Assembly: GCA_002434805.1 (NCBI GenBank)
Contig: DJKW01000001.1
Span: 87,985 to 148,151, forward strand
DNA length: 60,167 nt
Source of the DNA: Patescibacteria group bacterium UBA6532
GTDB taxonomy: Bacteria > Patescibacteriota > Minisyncoccia > Minisyncoccales > UBA6532
Direction: 5' to 3'
The position numbers and the translations under genes were made by a program. Each line of letters starts with the position of its first letter. Positions within the stretch are counted from its first letter, which is position 1. The notes beneath the pieces were generated by a model. That model had not been told where the DNA came from. It was given only the letters and a program-made list of their open reading frames with translations, and did not search any database. Of this stretch, positions 36,656 through 46,075 are shown piece after piece.

Positions 36656-37356
36656 TTTATGGCTTTCAAAATGTCTTTGAAAACATCGGCCACTGACTGC
36701 TCCCCATTGACCTCTTTTACGTCAAAGCTTTCTTTTTTTAAATAATCAACCAAGGGCAGGGTTCGATTCTCATACTCTTTTAATCTCACCGTTATGGTTT
36801 CTGGGTCGTCTAGGCCCTCTCTTCTCACCAACTTTGATCCGTCCAGCGGGCAAATGGTTAAATTTTTTGTTTCTTTAGTATAAAGGATGGGGTGGCGCAT
36901 TAACTGGCATAATCGGCGGTGAGAATTTCTAAATATTGATTGTTCTGCTGAAAGATTAATTAAAACCACCTTAATATTTTTAAGGCCGTACTCTTTTTTT
37001 AGAACCGGAGCCTCATTTTCTGCTTCATATAAAGTTCTTGGAGAACCTGCCATAATAATCCCTTTCCCTTCCTTTGATAACTCTCTTATCTTCTCATTCA
37101 GCCAAAAGGTTACCACTTCCGGAGTATTAAGCTTTCCGCTTTTCCATCGATTCCTCTCTTCAACCATAAAATACTTTTTGCCACCTACCTCTTCATAGTC
37201 CCCCTCCTTTGCCTTCATAATATTAGCTTCAATAATTTTACTTGTTTCAAGATAATATAAACTAATCTTATCAGCTAAAAGCTCGGCCTGCGTTCCTTTG
37301 CCAGCACCCGGAGGACCAATAAGAATAATAATTTGCTTTTGATTAAAAGGTTTCAT
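36652..37356 (-). CDS. adk: adenylate kinase, divergent
   Basis: GPPGAGKGTQA, G.PRT, lid with R..DD; secY-adk-map synteny. Confidence 0.88.
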   Translation of the reverse strand: MKPFNQKQIIILIGPPGAGKGTQAELLADKISLYYLETSKIIEANIMKAKEGDYEEVGGKKYFMVEERNRWKSGKLNTPEVVTFWLNEKIRELSKEGKGIIMAGSPRTLYEAENEAPVLKKEYGLKNIKVVLINLSAEQSIFRNSHRRLCQLMRHPILYTKETKNLTICPLDGSKLVRREGLDDPETITVRLKEYENRTLPLVDYLKKESFDVKEVNGEQSVADVFKDILKAIK

Positions 37357-38623
37357 ATTCTCTCATTTGGAGCTGAGCTTTAATCTGCCTCATGGTTTCC
37401 AAAACTACGCTAACGATAATTAATAAAGCCGTTCCTCCTATTAAGAACTGGAAAACCATTACTCCGGTTATCCCTCCAACAATAGAAGGCAAAACAGCAA
37501 CCGTTCCTAAAGATAAAGCGCCAACCAATAAGATGCGGTTAAGAACATAAGATAAAAAATTGGCTGTCGGCGTTCCCGGCCTGATCCCCGGAACAAACCC
37601 GCCCATTTTTTGCAAATTAGAAGAAATGGTTTTTGGGTCAAAAGTGACAGCAGTGTAAAAGAAAGTGAAAAGAACCACTAAGATAAAGTAGAAAATTCCG
37701 TTAACCCAGGGGTTTTGGAGAAAGTTAGCTAAACCTTGGGCAAAATTACCAATAGGGCCCCCGACGCCGGCCAAAAAAGAAGCCATCATTCCCGGAAAAA
37801 GCAAAACAGATAAGGCAAAAATTATAGGGATTACTCCTGCTGGATTAATATTTAAAGGCAGATAAGTGGAAACTCCGCCGTACATTTTCATCCCCTTAAC
37901 CCTTTTGGCATAGGAAACCGGTATATTCCGCCTCGCCTCGTTAATCATCACTACCCCGGCAATAATCAAAAAGACCATTACAAAAAAAGCCAGATAGGCG
38001 GGAAGCCGAGATGGTTCATAAGTAAAGAACATCTGGCGGATATTGTTGGGAAAATCAGCGATAATTCCAGCAAAAATCAAAAGGGAAACTCCATTGCCAA
38101 TCCCCCTTTCTGAAATTAATTCTCCAAGCCACATTAAAAACAGGGCTCCGGCCGCAATAGTTAAAAGCGAAGCAATAAGAACTTCTAAAGATAAGACTCC
38201 AATAACGCCTTGTCTTTGGAGTAAAGTCAACATTCCATAGCCCTGGAGTGTGGCTAAAGGAAGAGTTAGCATTCTTCCGTATTGATTGAATTTCTGGCGG
38301 CCCTGCTCCCCCTCTTCTTTATAAAGTTGCTCTAACTGGGGGAAAATCATGGTTAAAAGCTGTAAAATAATGACAGAAGTAATATATGGTCCCAATCCCA
38401 ACATCATAATGGAAAGGTTGTCTAAAGCCCCTCCAGTAAACATATTTAAAAGACCGAAAATTTGAAATTGATCGAAAAAAGACTTTAAGTTGGCGATATC
38501 TATCCCAGGAATGGGTATATTAGCCATTATTCTAAAAATAGCAAAAACCCCTAAAACAAAGAGGATTTTAGTTCGCAAATCCCGGATTTTAAATACTTGA
38601 ATGATTGGACCTAATAAAACCAT
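37343..38623 (-). CDS. secY: preprotein translocase SecY
   Basis: LGLGPYITS, WLGELI.ERGIGNG.S, PAGVIPIIFA, PGIRPG, GGT. Confidence 0.98.
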   Translation of the reverse strand: MVLLGPIIQVFKIRDLRTKILFVLGVFAIFRIMANIPIPGIDIANLKSFFDQFQIFGLLNMFTGGALDNLSIMMLGLGPYITSVIILQLLTMIFPQLEQLYKEEGEQGRQKFNQYGRMLTLPLATLQGYGMLTLLQRQGVIGVLSLEVLIASLLTIAAGALFLMWLGELISERGIGNGVSLLIFAGIIADFPNNIRQMFFTYEPSRLPAYLAFFVMVFLIIAGVVMINEARRNIPVSYAKRVKGMKMYGGVSTYLPLNINPAGVIPIIFALSVLLFPGMMASFLAGVGGPIGNFAQGLANFLQNPWVNGIFYFILVVLFTFFYTAVTFDPKTISSNLQKMGGFVPGIRPGTPTANFLSYVLNRILLVGALSLGTVAVLPSIVGGITGVMVFQFLIGGTALLIIVSVVLETMRQIKAQLQMREYETF

Positions 38624-38629
38624 GTCTCT

Positions 38630-39079
38630 TTAAGTTTTTGTGGTTGAGTTTTTTATAGTGCCTCCTGCTTTTTCAATTATTTCTTTGGCGCCCTTTGAAA
38701 TCTCACAATCTTCAATTATCACCTTTTTTGTCAGCTTCTCTTTTCCTAAAATCTTCACCGAAGGTACCTTCCCTTTTATTTTACGGATTATTTCCTTTTT
38801 CAGCAATACTTGGGGATTTATGGTTTCGCCTGACTTGAACTTTTTTTCAATAACACCAATGCTGACTATTGCTATTTTTTCCTTGATAGATTTAAACCTA
38901 TATCCTCTTAATTTAGGATATCTTTTAATCAATCCACGAATAGCGGGCGGTAATCTTCTGCCCGATCTTGATTTTTGGCCCTTCATTCCTCGTCCAGAAT
39001 AAGTACCTCGTTTGCCTCCACGGCCAACTCTTTTCCGTTTCTTTAATTTATGAAGTGGTTTTATTTGATGGAGCTGCAT
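38630..39079 (-). CDS. rplO: 50S ribosomal protein uL15
   Basis: RVGRG..GTYSGRG.KGQKSR, IEKAGG. Confidence 0.95.
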   Translation of the reverse strand: MQLHQIKPLHKLKKRKRVGRGGKRGTYSGRGMKGQKSRSGRRLPPAIRGLIKRYPKLRGYRFKSIKEKIAIVSIGVIEKKFKSGETINPQVLLKKEIIRKIKGKVPSVKILGKEKLTKKVIIEDCEISKGAKEIIEKAGGTIKNSTTKT

Positions 39080-39566
39080 TTTGTTTTTTTAACTTAAGTT
39101 TTTTCAAAGCTTCGATAGTAGCTTTGGCATTATTTAATTTATTTCCCGTTCTTCCTATAATTTTTGAAGAAATATTCTTTATTCCGGCCAAAGCGCAAAT
39201 CACCCTTACGGTACCGCCGGCGACCAAACCTCTTCCCTTTCTTTGAGGACGGAGTAAAACTCGAGCGGGGCCAAGTTTGGTATAAACTTCGTGGGGAATA
39301 GTATCATTTATAATAGGGACTGAAATTAAGTTCTTTTTGGCTATTCTGGTCGCTTTTCCTATGGCTTGAGCAACATCTAACCCCTTGGCTACGCCAATAC
39401 CAACTTTTCCGGATTTATTTCCCACAACCATGGTTGCTCGGAACCTAAATCTCCGGCCTCCAGCTGACATCCGAGAAACTCTAGCTAAATCTAAAAGCTT
39501 AGAATCAAATTCATCTTTTGGCTTATCGCTTCTTCCTCTATTTTTGAAAAAATTTCTTTTAATCAT
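39048..39566 (-). CDS. rpsE: 30S ribosomal protein uS5
   Basis: GGRRFRF, VGIG.AK, TIPHEV, GLVAGG. Confidence 0.97.
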   Translation of the reverse strand: MIKRNFFKNRGRSDKPKDEFDSKLLDLARVSRMSAGGRRFRFRATMVVGNKSGKVGIGVAKGLDVAQAIGKATRIAKKNLISVPIINDTIPHEVYTKLGPARVLLRPQRKGRGLVAGGTVRVICALAGIKNISSKIIGRTGNKLNNAKATIEALKKLKLKKQNAAPSNKTTS

Positions 39567-39571
39567 GTATT

Positions 39572-39985
39572 TTAAAACTTTAATCCTCCTTCTCTCGCTC
39601 CTTCAGCCAAAGCTTTTACTCGACCGTGATACTTGTATCCTGACCTGTCAAAGACCACGTCTTTAATCTTTTTCTTTTCCGCTTTTTCGGCAATCAATTC
39701 TCCTACTTTAAAAGCCCTGACTATCTTTCCTTTTATAGACACCTTCTCTTCCTTTTTTTCTTTGTCTCTCTTTGGCTGAGAAATAACTTTAGAGGATAAT
39801 TTTCCTATCTTCTGATCATTAGCTGCAGCAAGAATGCTTCCTTTATCGTCATCTACCAACTGGGCGTAAATATGTTTTGCCGATCTGAAAACGCAAAGCC
39901 GCGGCTTTTTAGCTGTGCCGAATGTTTTTGCTTTTGTGCGCTTGCGTCGCCTATTTCTCTTTTCTTGTTTAATCTTTGATTTCAT
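39572..39985 (-). CDS. rplR: 50S ribosomal protein uL18 with a Lys-rich insertion
   Basis: PRLCVFRS.KHIYAQ, VFDRSGYKYHGRVKALA. Confidence 0.97.
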   Translation of the reverse strand: MKSKIKQEKRNRRRKRTKAKTFGTAKKPRLCVFRSAKHIYAQLVDDDKGSILAAANDQKIGKLSSKVISQPKRDKEKKEEKVSIKGKIVRAFKVGELIAEKAEKKKIKDVVFDRSGYKYHGRVKALAEGAREGGLKF

Positions 39986-39996
39986 AAAATTTAATA

Positions 39997-40563
39997 TTAA
40001 GCTTCGGTCGTAGTGGCAGCTTTCTTTCCTTCTTTCCTTCTCACATGCTCACCAAGATATCTTATCCCTTTTCCTTTATATGGCTCAGGCGGGCGAACTT
40101 GTCTTATTTTAGCTGTAATTTGCCCGACCAATTCTTTGTCAATTCCAGAGACTGTAATGATATTTTTTTCTACCACGAATTTTATACTCTCTGGAGTCTT
40201 TATCTTAACGGGATGAGTGAAGCCAATTTGCAGAACTAAATTCTCTCCTTCTAAGGCAGCCTTGTAGCCTATGCCTTGAATTTCTAACTTTTTCTCATAT
40301 CCTTCTTTAACCCCTTTTACCATATTGGCAATCAAAGCCCTAGTTAATCCCCAAAAAGCTTTAACTTTTTTAGATTTCTGACTACGAACAGAGGTTGCTC
40401 TAGGAAAAACTTTAATTTCTTTATTCTCAACCTTAACCAAAATCTCAGGAAGAATGTCTTGAGAAAGTTCTCCTTTGGGACCTTTGACTATCAGCTTTGA
40501 ACCGTCTATTTTTACTTCAAGGCCTTCAGGTATTAATATTGGTTTTTTTCCTATACGAGACAT
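39997..40563 (-). CDS. rplF: 50S ribosomal protein uL6
   Basis: MSRIGKKP, PEPYKGKGIRY. Confidence 0.98.
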   Translation of the reverse strand: MSRIGKKPILIPEGLEVKIDGSKLIVKGPKGELSQDILPEILVKVENKEIKVFPRATSVRSQKSKKVKAFWGLTRALIANMVKGVKEGYEKKLEIQGIGYKAALEGENLVLQIGFTHPVKIKTPESIKFVVEKNIITVSGIDKELVGQITAKIRQVRPPEPYKGKGIRYLGEHVRRKEGKKAATTTEA

Positions 40564-40579
40564 AAATATTTTAAAAAAT

Positions 40580-40969
40580 TTACCATATTTGACACAATAC
40601 TTCGCCTCCTAATTTCTCTCTCTTCGCTTTTTTATCTGTCATCAGTCCTTTGGAAGTAGAAATTATCGTTATGCCATATCCCCTTCTTACTCTCTTAATT
40701 TTATTTGAAGATGAATAAATTCTTTGGCCGGGCCTTGAAACTCTTTTCAGGCCGGTAATGGCAGATTCTTTGTCGTCATATTTTAAGGTAATCTTAATTG
40801 TCTTTTTTGCTTTTTTGCCTTTTTCTTCAACGCTTTCAATAAACCCTTCTTTTTCTAAAATTCTAGAGATTTCGTATTTCAATTTAGAAAAGGGAAAAGA
40901 AACCTGTGGTTTTAACAAGGCTTTTGCATTTCTTATTCGATTGAGCATGTCTGTTATTGGATCTACCAT
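40580..40969 (-). CDS. rpsH: 30S ribosomal protein uS8
   Basis: [29 protein letters not shown]. Confidence 0.98.
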   Translation of the reverse strand: MVDPITDMLNRIRNAKALLKPQVSFPFSKLKYEISRILEKEGFIESVEEKGKKAKKTIKITLKYDDKESAITGLKRVSRPGQRIYSSSNKIKRVRRGYGITIISTSKGLMTDKKAKREKLGGEVLCQIW

Positions 40970-41148
40970 GATGATTTTCTAACGCCTGGTATTAATCCTT
41001 TATTAGCCATCTCCCTAAAGCAAATTCGGCATAATCCAAACTCTCTCATATATGCCCGCTTTCTGCCGCATTTAAAACAGCGTCTGACAATTCGACTTGT
41101 AAATTTTGGTTTTTTATTTGATTTTACAACCTGGGCTTTTGTTGCCAT
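40963..41148 (-). CDS. rpsN: 30S ribosomal protein uS14, zinc-binding type Z
   Basis: [23 protein letters not shown]. Confidence 0.97.
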   Translation of the reverse strand: MATKAQVVKSNKKPKFTSRIVRRCFKCGRKRAYMREFGLCRICFREMANKGLIPGVRKSSW

Positions 41149-41149
41149 A

Positions 41150-41707
41150 TTATCTTTTTATTGGAAATCCAAGTAATTTTATTAACTCCAAACCCTCTTC
41201 TTTATTTTTAGCGGTAGTAACAATAGTAATTTCAAAACCGAAGATGTTTTTAACTTTTTCCGGGGAAATTTCCGGAAAAACAATATGTTCTTTTATAGCA
41301 ATGGTTAAATTCCCGGCTGAGTCAAAAGAATTCGGATCAACTCCTTGAAAATCACGAGACCGGGGAAGATCTATGTTTATTACCCTCTCTAAGAAATCAT
41401 ACATCTTTTTTCCTCTTAAGGTAATCCTTACTCCAACAGGCATGCCTTGACGAATCTTAAAACCGGCGATTGATTTCTTAGCCAGAGTTAAAACCGGTCT
41501 CTGGCCAGTGATTAGGCTAAGATCGTTTAAGGTAGATTCTTGAATCTTTTTCTGCTCTTCTTTGCTTTTTCCAACAATAAATTTGCCAAAACTGGTGTTG
41601 ACCACCACTTTTTCAATCTGGGGAACGGCCATATTGCTTTTGTAACCGAACTTTTCTTTTAAAGCCGGCTTAATTTCTTTATTGTATTTTTCTTTTAATG
41701 AAAGCAT
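41150..41707 (-). CDS. rplE: 50S ribosomal protein uL5
   Basis: [27 protein letters not shown]. Confidence 0.98.
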   Translation of the reverse strand: MLSLKEKYNKEIKPALKEKFGYKSNMAVPQIEKVVVNTSFGKFIVGKSKEEQKKIQESTLNDLSLITGQRPVLTLAKKSIAGFKIRQGMPVGVRITLRGKKMYDFLERVINIDLPRSRDFQGVDPNSFDSAGNLTIAIKEHIVFPEISPEKVKNIFGFEITIVTTAKNKEEGLELIKLLGFPIKR

Positions 41708-41728
41708 AAAATTTGCCTTTTTTGATTA

Positions 41729-42034
41729 TTATATATTCTGGCCGCACTTTTTGCATATTCTATATTTCTTTCCTTTGCCGATCTTATATCCTACCTTGCT
41801 GGGCTTTCCGCACTTTGAACAAATTAGCTTAACATTGGAAACATCAATTGATAGAGGAATTTCTATAATCTGTCCTTTTTCTCCGCTTTTTTTCGGCCGA
41901 ACATGCTTTTTTCTTAAATTAACGTTTTCCACCAAAATCCGCTTTTCTTTCGGGAAAGCTTGTAAAATCTTTCCTTTCTTTCCACGATCCTTTCCTTTCA
42001 TTATTAAAACTTGGTCGCCTTTGTGTATTTTCAT
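41729..42034 (-). CDS. rplX: 50S ribosomal protein uL24
   Basis: KGDQV...GKDRGKKG KOW motif, SNVKL. Confidence 0.97.
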   Translation of the reverse strand: MKIHKGDQVLIMKGKDRGKKGKILQAFPKEKRILVENVNLRKKHVRPKKSGEKGQIIEIPLSIDVSNVKLICSKCGKPSKVGYKIGKGKKYRICKKCGQNI

Positions 42035-42037
42035 AAA

Positions 42038-42409
42038 TTATATTAATTCTTCGGCAATCGTAGCTATTTTATCAAATCCTTTTTCTTTGACTTCTTTTGC
42101 AACGGGACCTGTGATTCTTCCTCCTTTCGGCTCTTTGGTTTTCCCGTCCAAAATAACGACTGCGTTATCATCAAAACGAATATATATTCCGTTCTGCCTT
42201 CGAGAGGCTTTCTTTTGTCTTACGACCACGGCTCTAACAACTTCGTGCTTCTTTACTGCTTTCCTTGGTTCAGCTTTCTTCACTGAAGCTACGATAACAT
42301 CTCCGAGTTGAGCATAACGCCTCCGAGTTCCTCCTAAAACATGAAAACACTGAACCTCTTTGGCTCCGGTATTGTCAACTACTTTTAGCATTGTTCTTGG
42401 TTGAATCAT
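42038..42409 (-). CDS. rplN: 50S ribosomal protein uL14
   Basis: [21 protein letters not shown]. Confidence 0.98.
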   Translation of the reverse strand: MIQPRTMLKVVDNTGAKEVQCFHVLGGTRRRYAQLGDVIVASVKKAEPRKAVKKHEVVRAVVVRQKKASRRQNGIYIRFDDNAVVILDGKTKEPKGGRITGPVAKEVKEKGFDKIATIAEELI

Positions 42410-42413
42410 ATCT

Positions 42414-42647
42414 TTAAGCTTTACTAATTACCCGCCAATGTTTTTCTTTGCTTATTGGCCGGCACTCTTCAATAATAACTTTATCTCCAACTTTATAATC
42501 TCCCGAATCTAAGTGGGATTTGTATTTTTTGTGGATTTTAAATCTTCTCTTGTACTTTGGATGTTCCTTTATCAGCTCTACTTTCACTACCACTGTCTTT
42601 TCCATTTTATTAGAAATAATTATACCTTTTAATTGGTGTTTTGGCAT
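42414..42647 (-). CDS. rpsQ: 30S ribosomal protein uS17
   Basis: [20 protein letters not shown]. Confidence 0.97.
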   Translation of the reverse strand: MPKHQLKGIIISNKMEKTVVVKVELIKEHPKYKRRFKIHKKYKSHLDSGDYKVGDKVIIEECRPISKEKHWRVISKA

Positions 42648-42653
42648 ATGATT

Positions 42654-42833
42654 TTATTGGTTTTTAGTTGTAAGAATCCTGGCAATATCCTTTTTTATCT
42701 TCCTAACTTCTTTAACATTTTTTACCTTGCCTGAAGCCAAATTAAACCTTAAAGCTCTTAAGCGCTCCCTCTTTTCAGCTAAAGTTCTTTGCAACTCTAA
42801 TTTTGGCTTTTTATTTAATTCTTTTGTTTTCAT
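42654..42833 (-). CDS. rpmC: 50S ribosomal protein uL29 (59 aa; not in the ORF track)
   Basis: Manual translation MKTKELNKKPKLELQRTLAEKRERLRALRFNLASGKVKNVKEVRKIKKDIARILTTKNQ; lies between rplP and rpsQ. Confidence 0.95.
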   Translation of the reverse strand: MKTKELNKKPKLELQRTLAEKRERLRALRFNLASGKVKNVKEVRKIKKDIARILTTKNQ

Positions 42834-42879
42834 TTTATTATTTTCTTAATTCAATATTATATATCTATACGATAAGAAA

Positions 42880-43287
42880 TCAAGCTCTTTTTATGAATTT
42901 GGTCTTAATCGGCAGTTTATCAGACGCTCTCTGAAAAGCTTCGCGAGCCTGATCTTCTGGTATGCCTTCTAACTCAAAAAGAATTCTGCCGGGCTTTATA
43001 GGAAAGACGTAGTGGTCAACTGCTCCTTTTCCTCCTCCCATGGGAACTTCAGTGCCCTTTCTGGTAACGGGTTTATCGGGAAAAATCCTAATCCAGAGCT
43101 TGCCTCCCTTCTTTAAATATCTAATGATAGCGTGTCTTGATGCTTCAATTTGGCGGGCGGTAATCCATTTAGTTCCCAAAGACTTTAAACCAAACGCCCC
43201 AAAAACAAGTTCTGTTCCCCGAGTTTCAACTCCTTTTGAACGCCATCTCCGCCATTTTCTATGTTTTACTTTTTTTGGAATTAACAT
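42880..43287 (-). CDS. rplP: 50S ribosomal protein uL16
   Basis: [26 protein letters not shown]. Confidence 0.98.
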   Translation of the reverse strand: MLIPKKVKHRKWRRWRSKGVETRGTELVFGAFGLKSLGTKWITARQIEASRHAIIRYLKKGGKLWIRIFPDKPVTRKGTEVPMGGGKGAVDHYVFPIKPGRILFELEGIPEDQAREAFQRASDKLPIKTKFIKRA

Positions 43288-43292
43288 AAGGT

Positions 43293-43955
43293 TTAGAATC
43301 TTTCACCTTTATAAATCCATACCTTTATACCTATCACTCCATAGGTGCAATAAGCTTGAGCAGTGCCATAATCTATGATTGACCTCAAAGTTTGACGAGG
43401 AAGACGGCCTTTCAGTAATTTCTCTGACCTTGAAAATTCAGACCCTCCCAATCTGCCCGACACCTCTAATCTTACGCCCTTAACGTCTTTATTGGTTATA
43501 ACCTTATCTAAGGTTTGCTTAAGCACTCTCCTGTGGGGCAATCTCTTTTCTATTTGCTGAGCCATCCATTGGGCAACTATACTGGCTTCAGTCCAGGGAT
43601 TCTTTACTTCTTTAATTTCAATCTTGAATTCCCGGCGGGATAAATTCTTTACTGTAGATAATTTCTGTCTTAAAATCTCTTTCTTTAAAGCTTTCTCAAG
43701 CTCCTGCACTCCTTGGCCCCCCCGGCCAATGATAAGTCCGGGCCGGGCGGTATTAATGATAATATTTACTTTAACTGGGAATCTTTCAATCTCAACGCTT
43801 TTTACTGCCGCCTCCTTTAATCTATTATTTAAAAATTCCCTAATTACAAAATCCTCTTGCAGATAATTGCGAAGATTTTTTTTGCTCATCCATCTTGAAT
43901 CCCAATCAGCAGATCTTTTGAGCCTATATGATTTTGGGTGAACTTTATGAGCCAT
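43293..43955 (-). CDS. rpsC: 30S ribosomal protein uS3
   Basis: [32 protein letters not shown]. Confidence 0.98.
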   Translation of the reverse strand: MAHKVHPKSYRLKRSADWDSRWMSKKNLRNYLQEDFVIREFLNNRLKEAAVKSVEIERFPVKVNIIINTARPGLIIGRGGQGVQELEKALKKEILRQKLSTVKNLSRREFKIEIKEVKNPWTEASIVAQWMAQQIEKRLPHRRVLKQTLDKVITNKDVKGVRLEVSGRLGGSEFSRSEKLLKGRLPRQTLRSIIDYGTAQAYCTYGVIGIKVWIYKGERF

Positions 43956-43961
43956 AGATTT

Positions 43962-44474
43962 TTAGAAAGATTTTCTTCTAAATATTCTTTTTACTCCTTT
44001 TTCGACTTTGGGAAATCCCCTCTCAATTCTAGATTCCGGCTTTGCTCCCTCTGGCCTATCTTCTTTTTTAGGCTCCTTTGCCTTTTCCGCTCTTTTAACT
44101 TCTTTTGAATCTTTGGTTTTCTTTGTTTTTATTCTTTTCCCTTTCTTAATTTCATCAAGGATTAAAGTAATATGAACGGTTTTCTTCTGGATTTCGTAAG
44201 CTTGACCGCGAGCTCTGGGCATCCACCTTTTGAGCTTTTGGCCTTCGTCAACAGTAATCTTGGAAATATAAAGATTGTTCTCGTCTAATTTTTGAACCTT
44301 GGCATTCGCTACAGCTGATTTTAAAAGCTTTGAAACAGGCAAAACAGCTTTTTTGACGGTAAAATTCAAAATAGTTTGAGCTTCCTCAACTGACTTCCCC
44401 CGAATAAGATCAACAACCAATCTAACCTTTCTCGGAGCAATACGCAGACGTCTAAGTTTGGCAGTAATAGGCAT
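43962..44474 (-). CDS. rplV: 50S ribosomal protein uL22 with an ~60-aa C-terminal extension
   Basis: APRKVRLVVDLIRG, SAVANA, PRARG, HITLIL. Confidence 0.97.
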   Translation of the reverse strand: MPITAKLRRLRIAPRKVRLVVDLIRGKSVEEAQTILNFTVKKAVLPVSKLLKSAVANAKVQKLDENNLYISKITVDEGQKLKRWMPRARGQAYEIQKKTVHITLILDEIKKGKRIKTKKTKDSKEVKRAEKAKEPKKEDRPEGAKPESRIERGFPKVEKGVKRIFRRKSF

Positions 44475-44478
44475 AAAT

Positions 44479-44799
44479 TTATTCTTCTTTGGTAATTTTT
44501 TCTGATTCTTTTTCAGCCTCTTTTGTTTCTAATTCCTTTTGCATTCTTCCTCCATGCCTTCCAAATTTTGTCGTTGGAGAAAACTCACCTAATCTGTGGC
44601 CTACCATGGATTCGTCAATGCTAACGGGAATAAACTCTTTTCCGTTATGAACGCCGAAAGTAAAACCAACCATCTCAGGACTGATGGTGCAGGCTCTGCA
44701 CCAAGTTTTAATAATGGTTTTTTCTCCGGGTTTCAGCTTCTTTATCTTCTCCAACAACCTCCCTGACATATATGGTCCTTTTTTTAGTGATCTTGCCAT
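44479..44799 (-). CDS. rpsS: 30S ribosomal protein uS19
   Basis: RSLKKGP, VHNGK, MVGHRLGEFSPT. Confidence 0.98.
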   Translation of the reverse strand: MARSLKKGPYMSGRLLEKIKKLKPGEKTIIKTWCRACTISPEMVGFTFGVHNGKEFIPVSIDESMVGHRLGEFSPTTKFGRHGGRMQKELETKEAEKESEKITKEE

Positions 44800-44803
44800 A
44801 AAT

Positions 44804-45631
44804 TTATGATTTCTTTTTTCTTCTTTGAATTATATATTTATCTGTCCACTTCTTTTTCCTCGTTTTTACCCCTAAAGCTTTCTTTCCCCAGGGGGTCTTT
44901 GGACTGGGCATGCCGATAGGCGACCTTCCTTCTCCTCCACCATGAGGGTGATCAGGAGGATTCATGGCTGTTCCCCTAACATGCGGCCTTTTTCCCCTAT
45001 GGCGGGTCCTGCCGGCTTTCCCCACCCTTATATATTTATGTTCTGGCCGGGAAACGGCTCCAATGGTAGCAAAGCAATTATTTAATAATATCCTGACCTC
45101 TTTTGACGGCATTTCCAAATGGGTGTACTTGCCTTCCTGGGCTAAAACCTTGGCTGATGTCCCAGCTCCCCTTGCTAATTTTCCTCCGAGGCCAATCTCT
45201 AATTCAATATTGCAAATTACGGTTCCGATGGTAATATTTTTTAATTTTATCCTGTTTCCAATCTTAATTTCCGCTTTATCTGCACAAATAACTTCATCTC
45301 CAACCTTTAAACCATGAGGGGCAATTCGGTATCTCTTTTCTCCGTCTTTGTACTCTAAAAGAACAATGAAAGCGGTACGATTGGGATCGTATTCCAAAGC
45401 GATAACTTTTGCTAAAACATCTAATTTTTCCTGGCCGAAGTCTATTATTCGATACATCTTGCTTGCTCCCCCTCCTTGATGCCTGACTGTAATTCTGCCG
45501 CTCTTAGCCCTGCCGGCTCTTTTTTGCAACTTTAAAAGAAGGGTCTTTTCCGGCTCTTTTTTAGTCAAGATAGAAAAATCTTCCTTTATAGCATGTCTTC
45601 TTCCCGGTGTAGTTGGTTTTTGTTTTTTCAT
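44804..45631 (-). CDS. rplB: 50S ribosomal protein uL2
   Basis: EYDPNR, RGTAMNPPDHPHGGGEG. Confidence 0.98.
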   Translation of the reverse strand: MKKQKPTTPGRRHAIKEDFSILTKKEPEKTLLLKLQKRAGRAKSGRITVRHQGGGASKMYRIIDFGQEKLDVLAKVIALEYDPNRTAFIVLLEYKDGEKRYRIAPHGLKVGDEVICADKAEIKIGNRIKLKNITIGTVICNIELEIGLGGKLARGAGTSAKVLAQEGKYTHLEMPSKEVRILLNNCFATIGAVSRPEHKYIRVGKAGRTRHRGKRPHVRGTAMNPPDHPHGGGEGRSPIGMPSPKTPWGKKALGVKTRKKKWTDKYIIQRRKKKS

Positions 45632-45636
45632 AATGA

Positions 45637-46074
45637 TTATCTTGGCATTAATTCAATCTTTTGCCCTTCTTTTACTTTAACTATGGCTTTCTTATACCCC
45701 TTTCTCTGACCCTCTATCTTGCCCAGCTTTCTTTTCTTTGGAGGAATATTTACAATCCTTACATTCAAAACACCTACGCCGTATAAATTCTGGACAGCTC
45801 TCTTGATTTCTATCTTATTTGCATTAGGCCAGACTCTAAAAACGTATTTATTTTTCCCGACCAAATCAGTTACTTTTTCCGTAATATGTGGTTGTTTTAA
45901 AATTCTATAAGCAAAGCCAGGGGCTCTTTCTTTTGAAACTGAAGTTTTTTTAACCTTATCTGATTTTTTCTTGTCTAAAGCCTTTGGTTTTTTTTCAGCT
46001 TTAACTTTAACCTCTTTCTTTTTAGGCTTTTTTGTCTCTTCCTTCTTTTTTTTAAAAATATCAAATAAGGCCAT
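45637..46074 (-). CDS. rplW: 50S ribosomal protein uL23 with an ~53-aa N-terminal extension
   Basis: PHITEK, YVF.V...ANK.EIK, YKKAIV. Confidence 0.96.
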   Translation of the reverse strand: MALFDIFKKKKEETKKPKKKEVKVKAEKKPKALDKKKSDKVKKTSVSKERAPGFAYRILKQPHITEKVTDLVGKNKYVFRVWPNANKIEIKRAVQNLYGVGVLNVRIVNIPPKKRKLGKIEGQRKGYKKAIVKVKEGQKIELMPR

Positions 46075-46075
46075 G

